Source: a bacterium
GTDB taxonomy: Bacteria; Bacillota; Clostridia; Christensenellales; Aristaeellaceae
NCBI GenBank assembly: GCA_963624325.1
Contig: CAVFPH010000041.1
Location: forward strand, 1-12,105
Direction: 5' to 3'
Length of the DNA: 12,105 nt
Numbering within the stretch: position 1 is the first letter of the stretch; each line of letters starts with the position of its first letter. Shown here piece by piece: positions 7,186-12,105 of this stretch. The notes under the pieces were generated by a model. That model saw only the letters and a list, made by a program, of their open reading frames with translations. It ran no database searches and was not told where the DNA came from. The translations under genes and the position numbers were made by a program.

Positions 7186-9671
7186 TGGCCATTTACGCTA
7201 AATTCAATGAGCGCGCACAGCGCATTTTATCCGTTGCCCAAAAGGAAGCCCAGGCCATGCGAAACCCCTATGTGGGAACTGAGCATTTGCTGCTGGCCTT
7301 GGTATCCGAGGCACGCGACGATGTGCCTGATCTGCCCGAAAGCATGTCGGAGGAGGCTGTCCGCTCTGCCATCCGAATTTTTATCGGTCAAGGAACGGGT
7401 TTGCAAACACCATTGGAGTTTACGCCCCGTGCCAAAAAGCTGCTGGAAAGCAGTATGCGTGAGGCGCAGCGGCTGGGGCATCCTTACGTCACAAGCGCCC
7501 ATATCTGGCTTGCCCTTCTCAGTGAAAGTGAGGGCGTTGCATCGCGCATTTTGAATTCTCCCGGCTGCGACAGAGAGCAGCTTCGCAAAAGTGTTCTTCG
7601 CCGAATCTCCGGAGAACCCGTTCATGCAGAATCAGCACCATCCGATGGATCCTTTGCTTCTTCAGACGACGGCAGTGCTCTCTGTGCATACGGAACAGAC
7701 CTGACCCGCCGTGCCCGTCAGGGAGAGCTTGACCCCGTCATCGGCAGAGACAAGGAAATTGAGCGAATCATTCAAATCCTGTCCCGCCGCACAAAAAACA
7801 ATCCCATTCTGATCGGCGAGCCCGGTGTCGGTAAAACCGCCGTAGCGGAAGGACTTGCACAGCGTATGATTGCCGGTACCATTCCCGAAACCATCGCCGG
7901 CAAACGGCTGATTTCCCTGGATGTCGGTGCGCTGGTTGCGGGCACAAAATTTCGTGGAGAATTCGAAGAGCGCCTGAAAAACCTGATGCAGGAAATTCGT
8001 ACTGCAGGCGATGTGATTGTCTTTATCGATGAACTACAGAACATTATCGGTGCGGGCAAAGGCGAAGGGGCCATGGATGCCGCAAACATTTTGAAGCCTG
8101 CGCTCTCGCGTGGCGAGCTTCAGTGCATCGGTGCAACCACGCGGGACGATTACCGCAAGAGCATTGAAAAGGATGCAGCGCTGTCCCGCCGTTTTCAGCC
8201 TGTCAGTGTGGATGAGCCCACGCAGGCGGAAAGTGTTGAAATTCTCCGCGGGTTGCGGGACAAGTACGAGGCACATCATCGCGTTCATATCACAGATGCA
8301 GCCATTCAGGCTGCCGTTACGCTGTCGGCACGCTATATCAATGATCGCTACCTGCCCGATAAAGCGGTTGACCTGATGGATGAGGCTGCGTCACGTGTTC
8401 GCATTGCCGCCTTTACTCCGCCGCCCGATTTAAAGGTTCAGGAAGATCACCTTGCCTCCGTCACCCGTGAAAAGCAGGAGGCCATCGATCATCAGGATTA
8501 TGAACGTGCCGCCGATCTGCGTGACAATGAGCATCAGATCCGTACCGAAATTGCCGATGCTCGCGCAGAATGGGAGCAGCTGAAGCTTTCCCACCAGAGT
8601 ACGGTAACGGAAGAAGATATTGCGCAGGTGGTGTCCGCCTGGACCGGAGTGCCCGTTCAGCGCATGACCGAAGGCGAAAGTGAGCGCTTGATGCACCTTG
8701 AAGATATCCTGCATCAGCGCGTCATTGGTCAGAATGAGGCCATCTCCGCCGTTTCCCGTGCCATCCGCCGTGCCCGCGCAGGACTGCAGGATCCGCGCCG
8801 TCCCATCGGCTCATTCATTTTTCTCGGACCCACAGGTGTTGGCAAAACCGAGCTTTGCCGGGCTCTTGGCGAGGCCATGTTCGGCGATGAAAGTGCTCTG
8901 ATTCGCCTTGATATGAGCGAGTACATGGAGAAACACACCGTATCGCGTATGGTCGGAGCACCGCCGGGCTATGTCGGTTTCGAAGAGGGCGGCCAGCTGA
9001 CCGAGGGCGTACGGCGCAAGCCCTACAGCGTTGTGCTCTTTGACGAAATCGAAAAGGCGCATCCCGATGTTTTCAACATGCTGCTTCAAATTTTGGATGA
9101 CGGCCGTCTGACCGATAATAACGGACGGGTTGTCAATTTCAGCAATTGCGTCATTGTTATGACCAGCAATGCAGGCGCGCATGCCATCAATGACGGACGC
9201 GTGGTTGGCTTTGGCAGCAACGGTACACCATCCGATTATTCCGGGATGAAGGAGCGCGTAATGGATGCTGTCAAGCAGGTTTTTCGTCCGGAATTTATCA
9301 ACCGCGTTGATGAGCTGGTGGTGTTTCACGCGCTCACTCACGCGGAAATTCTGCAGATTGCCGATCTGATGCTGCATCAAATGCAAAAACGGTTATCCGG
9401 CATGGGCATCACGCTAAGCTACGATGCCGAGGCAGCACGGCTTTTGGCCGAGGCAGGTTATGACGAAAAGTTCGGTGCCCGTCCGCTGCGCCGTGCCATC
9501 CAGCGTCAGGTAGAGGATGCACTGAGTGAAGAAATCATCTCGGGCCATTTGAAGCTGGGTGACAGCGTACAAGCCACGGTTGAGGATCAAAAACTGAAGC
9601 TCCGCCGTCTCTCTCCGGAATCCGCCGATGCAGAAACTTGCCTGTCGGCAGAACCCATAACAGAAAAATAA
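7185..9671 (+). CDS. clpC: ATP-dependent Clp protease ATP-binding subunit ClpC (class I AAA+ unfoldase)
   Basis: 828 aa. Clp_N repeats; D1 Walker [10 protein letters not shown] and Walker B VFIDEL; a UVR-like M-domain ([17 protein letters not shown]); D2 Walker [10 protein letters not shown] and Walker [10 protein letters not shown]; a VGF ClpP-docking tripeptide; GARPLRR sensor. The ATG overlaps the mcsB stop (TAATG). Confidence 0.95.
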   Translation: MAIYAKFNERAQRILSVAQKEAQAMRNPYVGTEHLLLALVSEARDDVPDLPESMSEEAVRSAIRIFIGQGTGLQTPLEFTPRAKKLLESSMREAQRLGHPYVTSAHIWLALLSESEGVASRILNSPGCDREQLRKSVLRRISGEPVHAESAPSDGSFASSDDGSALCAYGTDLTRRARQGELDPVIGRDKEIERIIQILSRRTKNNPILIGEPGVGKTAVAEGLAQRMIAGTIPETIAGKRLISLDVGALVAGTKFRGEFEERLKNLMQEIRTAGDVIVFIDELQNIIGAGKGEGAMDAANILKPALSRGELQCIGATTRDDYRKSIEKDAALSRRFQPVSVDEPTQAESVEILRGLRDKYEAHHRVHITDAAIQAAVTLSARYINDRYLPDKAVDLMDEAASRVRIAAFTPPPDLKVQEDHLASVTREKQEAIDHQDYERAADLRDNEHQIRTEIADARAEWEQLKLSHQSTVTEEDIAQVVSAWTGVPVQRMTEGESERLMHLEDILHQRVIGQNEAISAVSRAIRRARAGLQDPRRPIGSFIFLGPTGVGKTELCRALGEAMFGDESALIRLDMSEYMEKHTVSRMVGAPPGYVGFEEGGQLTEGVRRKPYSVVLFDEIEKAHPDVFNMLLQILDDGRLTDNNGRVVNFSNCVIVMTSNAGAHAINDGRVVGFGSNGTPSDYSGMKERVMDAVKQVFRPEFINRVDELVVFHALTHAEILQIADLMLHQMQKRLSGMGITLSYDAEAARLLAEAGYDEKFGARPLRRAIQRQVEDALSEEIISGHLKLGDSVQATVEDQKLKLRRLSPESADAETCLSAEPITEK

Positions 9672-9691
9672 AGCAAGGACATTGTCAAAAG

Positions 9692-9767
9692 AAAACAGAC
9701 AATCGCAAAAAACCGGGCACGGTGCTGCTGCATCTGTGCCCGGTATCATGCTGATTGTTCTGTTTTT
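9692..9767. terminator. Compound hairpin serving as a likely bidirectional terminator between convergent clpC and the amidohydrolase gene
   Basis: Inner perfect stem CCGGGCAC (9713..9720) / GTGCCCGG (9736..9743). It is preceded by AAAAAA on the plus strand, which reads TTTTTT right after the stem on the minus strand. The outer imperfect stem is AAAACAGACAATC (9692..9704) / GATTGTTCTGTTTT (9753..9766), one bulge, with the T-run extending to 9767 on the plus strand. Confidence 0.6.
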
Positions 9768-9770
9768 GGT

Positions 9771-11222
9771 TTAGTCTTCGATGGCCACCGGAATGGCATC
9801 CGACGGAATCGGACACGTATAGCCTGTGGCGGCAGCTTCTTTGAATTCCGCTTGTGCGGCGCTCAGCACATCAGGTTTGAGCAGTAGGTCAATCACCGTA
9901 CCTGCCATTACCTTGCCCGCCTGCAACATGCCCTTTTCGGCAATACCGGTTGCGCCGCAGGATACGTTCTGCCAGCTGTGTCCGGGCGCACCGGACGGCC
10001 AGCATGCGGCATGGATCTGCACGGTAGGCGTTTGCCAGCTTACGTCTCCTACATCCGTAGAGCCCGCGCTGCTTTTTGTGCTGTGATGCAGCGGCATCAG
10101 AAAATCATTGATCGGAAGTTTCCCGTTGTCGGTAGCCTGCTTGACAAAAGCAGCAATTTCAGGGCTCTCCGATGTTGCGGAGCCCGGCAGACAATCGGGC
10201 TTTGCAGCATAGCTGTCAATATATTCCTGCGCCAGCTGCATTTCCGCTTCCGTATGCTTTGCTACGCCCAAAGCTTCAAAATTTTCATACGCCAGCTTTT
10301 CCATCACTGCGTTAGGAACGGTATTGGCAGTACCGTCAATAAATTGCTCCGTCACGGTGGTTTCAGTCATCATGGCAGCTGCTTTAGCAATCTGATCTAC
10401 CCGCTTTTGCAATGCAATCGCCTGCGCAACCTGCACATCGCGAACCATATAGAGCACTTTTGCCTCCGGCTGGACAACATTCGGACTCTTTCCGCCTGCA
10501 TCCGTGATGGCGTAATGGATACGCGCGGTTGACGGCATATGCTCACGCAGGAACTGTACACCGATGTTCATCAGTTCCACTGCATCCAATGCTGAGCGCC
10601 CCAGATGAGGCGAACCCGAGGCATGTGATGCAATGCCGTGGAATTGGAATTCTTTTTGGATGCAGGAAACACATGTGCCGCTGGCCACCTCGTTTACATC
10701 TGACGGGTGCCAGGTAACAGCAGCATCCAAGTGCTCCCAGACATGATCACGGGCAAGGAAAGCCTTGCCGGCGCCGCCTTCCTCGCCGGGACAACCGAAG
10801 AAAATGACCGTGCCCTCCTGCTGCGGATGCTGTTCCAGATATGCCTTAACGGCAAAGGCGGCCGCCAATGCACCGGCCCCCAGTAGGTTGTGTCCGCAGC
10901 CGTGTCCATTTCCGCCCGGTGTCAAAGGCGCTTGATGCGTACAGCCTGCCTGCTGAGACAGGCCGGACAGGGCATCAAATTCCCCCAAAATACCGATTAC
11001 GGGATGACCGTGGCCATAGCTTCCGCAAAAGGCCGTCTTGATGCCGCCCATATTGGACGTAACCGTAAAACCATTCTCAGCCAGCACCTTTTCATAGAGT
11101 ACCGCTGACTGAAATTCCTTCAGAGACAGTTCGGCATAGCCCCAGATTTTACGGCTGATATCGCAGAACAAAGCGCTGTTGGCATCAATCGTCTGAAGGG
11201 CTGTCAATTTTTCATGATCCAT
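9771..11222 (-). CDS. M20 family amidohydrolase, AbgB-like (p-aminobenzoyl-glutamate hydrolase subunit B family)
   Basis: 483 aa. The N-terminus ...IWGYAELSLKEFQSAVLYEKVLAENGFTV..., ILGEFDAL and GHGCGHNLLG metal-site motifs, and the overall length resemble E. coli AbgB-type M20 enzymes. GAGGAGAG overlaps the stop of the upstream ATPase gene, so the two are probably co-transcribed. Confidence 0.75.
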   Translation of the reverse strand: MDHEKLTALQTIDANSALFCDISRKIWGYAELSLKEFQSAVLYEKVLAENGFTVTSNMGGIKTAFCGSYGHGHPVIGILGEFDALSGLSQQAGCTHQAPLTPGGNGHGCGHNLLGAGALAAAFAVKAYLEQHPQQEGTVIFFGCPGEEGGAGKAFLARDHVWEHLDAAVTWHPSDVNEVASGTCVSCIQKEFQFHGIASHASGSPHLGRSALDAVELMNIGVQFLREHMPSTARIHYAITDAGGKSPNVVQPEAKVLYMVRDVQVAQAIALQKRVDQIAKAAAMMTETTVTEQFIDGTANTVPNAVMEKLAYENFEALGVAKHTEAEMQLAQEYIDSYAAKPDCLPGSATSESPEIAAFVKQATDNGKLPINDFLMPLHHSTKSSAGSTDVGDVSWQTPTVQIHAACWPSGAPGHSWQNVSCGATGIAEKGMLQAGKVMAGTVIDLLLKPDVLSAAQAEFKEAAATGYTCPIPSDAIPVAIED

Positions 11223-11234
11223 TGTCGGCTCTCC

Positions 11235-11984
11235 TCAATAAAGCACCTTGCTCAAGAATTCCTGCGTACGGGAATTTTGAGGGTTTCCGAAAATTTGCGT
11301 GGGGGTGCCTTCCTCGGCAATAACGCCGTCATCCATGAAGAGTACGCGGTCGCTTACCTCGCGGGCAAAGCCCATCTCATGTGTTACGATTACGCTCGTC
11401 ATACCGCTTTTTACAAGGGTTTTAATTACCTGCAGTACTTCGCCGACCATTTCGGGATCCAGTGCGGAAGTCGGCTCGTCAAACAGCATTACATCCGGCT
11501 CCATGGCCAGCGCGCGGACAATGGCCAAGCGCTGCTTCTGCCCGCCCGACAGACGGGAAGGGTGCTCATTCACCTTGTCGATCAGGCCGACGCGCGCCAG
11601 CAGTTCCTTTGCCATATCGGCAGCTTCCGTTTTCGTTTTTTTCTTCAGCAAGACGGGAGCCATGGTTATATTCTGCTCCACCGTAAGGTTCGGGAAGATG
11701 TTGAAGTGCTGGAAAACCATGCCCATTTTCTGACGATGCTGGTCGATATTGACATGTTTTCCCGTGATTTCCTCACCTTCAAAGAAGATTTGTCCGGATG
11801 TCGGCTTCTCCAGCAGGTTCAGGCACCGAAGAAACGTCGATTTGCCGGAGCCGGAAGGTCCGATGATGGATACAACTTCGCCCTTGGCAACATGCTGATT
11901 GATGCCCTTAAGCACATGAAGTTTTCCGAAATTTTTCGTCACATCAACGGTTTCGATCATGTTTTCGGTCAGCTGCTTAGTCAC
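11235..11984 (-). CDS. Polar amino-acid ABC transporter ATP-binding protein (GlnQ/HisP-like)
   Basis: 249 aa. Walker [10 protein letters not shown], signature LSGGQKQR, Walker [13 protein letters not shown]-loop VTHEMGFA, and the C-terminal [10 protein letters not shown] typical of the PAAT family. The GTG start at 11984 overlaps the end of the upstream permease gene. Confidence 0.9.
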   Translation of the reverse strand: MTKQLTENMIETVDVTKNFGKLHVLKGINQHVAKGEVVSIIGPSGSGKSTFLRCLNLLEKPTSGQIFFEGEEITGKHVNIDQHRQKMGMVFQHFNIFPNLTVEQNITMAPVLLKKKTKTEAADMAKELLARVGLIDKVNEHPSRLSGGQKQRLAIVRALAMEPDVMLFDEPTSALDPEMVGEVLQVIKTLVKSGMTSVIVTHEMGFAREVSDRVLFMDDGVIAEEGTPTQIFGNPQNSRTQEFLSKVLY

Positions 11985-12105
11985 TTGCTTTCATCTTCCT
12001 TTCCAGAACGGCAATCGCCTTGCTGAGCACAAACGTGATAATGAAGTAGATAATACCCGCAATCAGCAGGGGCTCGATAATCAGGAAAGTAAAGCCGTTG
12101 ATGAT
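11977..12105 (-). CDS. Amino-acid ABC transporter permease, C-terminal end (gene starts beyond window end)
   Basis: My translation of the minus strand from 12105 is open and reads [42 protein letters not shown], with stop TAA at 11979..11977. It is the hydrophobic last transmembrane helix plus a basic tail, as in HisM/GlnP-type permeases, and it overlaps the ATPase start by 8 nt. Confidence 0.6.
   Translation of the reverse strand: MINGFTFLIIEPLLIAGIIYFIITFVLSKAIAVLERKMKASD

Noticed and set aside
1-12105. Scan for CRISPR repeats, IS/transposase or integrase genes, toxin-antitoxin pairs, a compositional island, or an uncharacterised multi-gene defence-like system.
   Set aside because: Every sizeable ORF is accounted for by a housekeeping function. 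Intergenic regions are short and are explained by promoters, operators and terminators. I saw no regularly spaced direct repeats other than the three operator-like palindromes, and composition looks uniform by eye. I therefore do not claim a novel system beyond the McsB/ClpC observations.

Overview
This 12.1 kb window looks like an ordinary, densely packed core-chromosome region of a moderately GC-rich Firmicute. The Clostridia-type assignment is a guess from gene content and composition. I could support eleven coding regions, two of them cut by the window edges. On the minus strand: (1) the 5' part of a MATE efflux transporter gene; (2) a five-gene operon of an XRE-HTH/cupin regulator followed by potA-potB-potC-potD (spermidine/putrescine ABC importer); (3) an amino-acid ABC transporter (permease tail plus ATPase) followed by an AbgB-type M20 amidohydrolase. 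On the plus strand sits the class III heat-shock operon ctsR-mcsA-mcsB-clpC, with overlapping start/stop codons throughout and a CtsR box at its promoter. I saw no CRISPR array, mobile element, tRNA/rRNA or recognisable defence system, and I cannot claim a new multi-gene system here. Three points deserve a second look. (a) The McsB homolog appears to have lost essentially every catalytic or phosphate-binding residue of the phosphagen/arginine-kinase fold that I can recall, so it may be a pseudokinase, while CtsR, McsA and ClpC look intact. (b) The second phospho-arginine pocket motif of the ClpC N-domain is also degenerate (TSAH instead of GTEH). (c) Three related palindromes spaced exactly 35 bp apart lie in the predicted leader of the regulator-pot operon, back-to-back with the ctsR promoter. 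All residue-level comparisons come from remembered reference sequences and need a real alignment.
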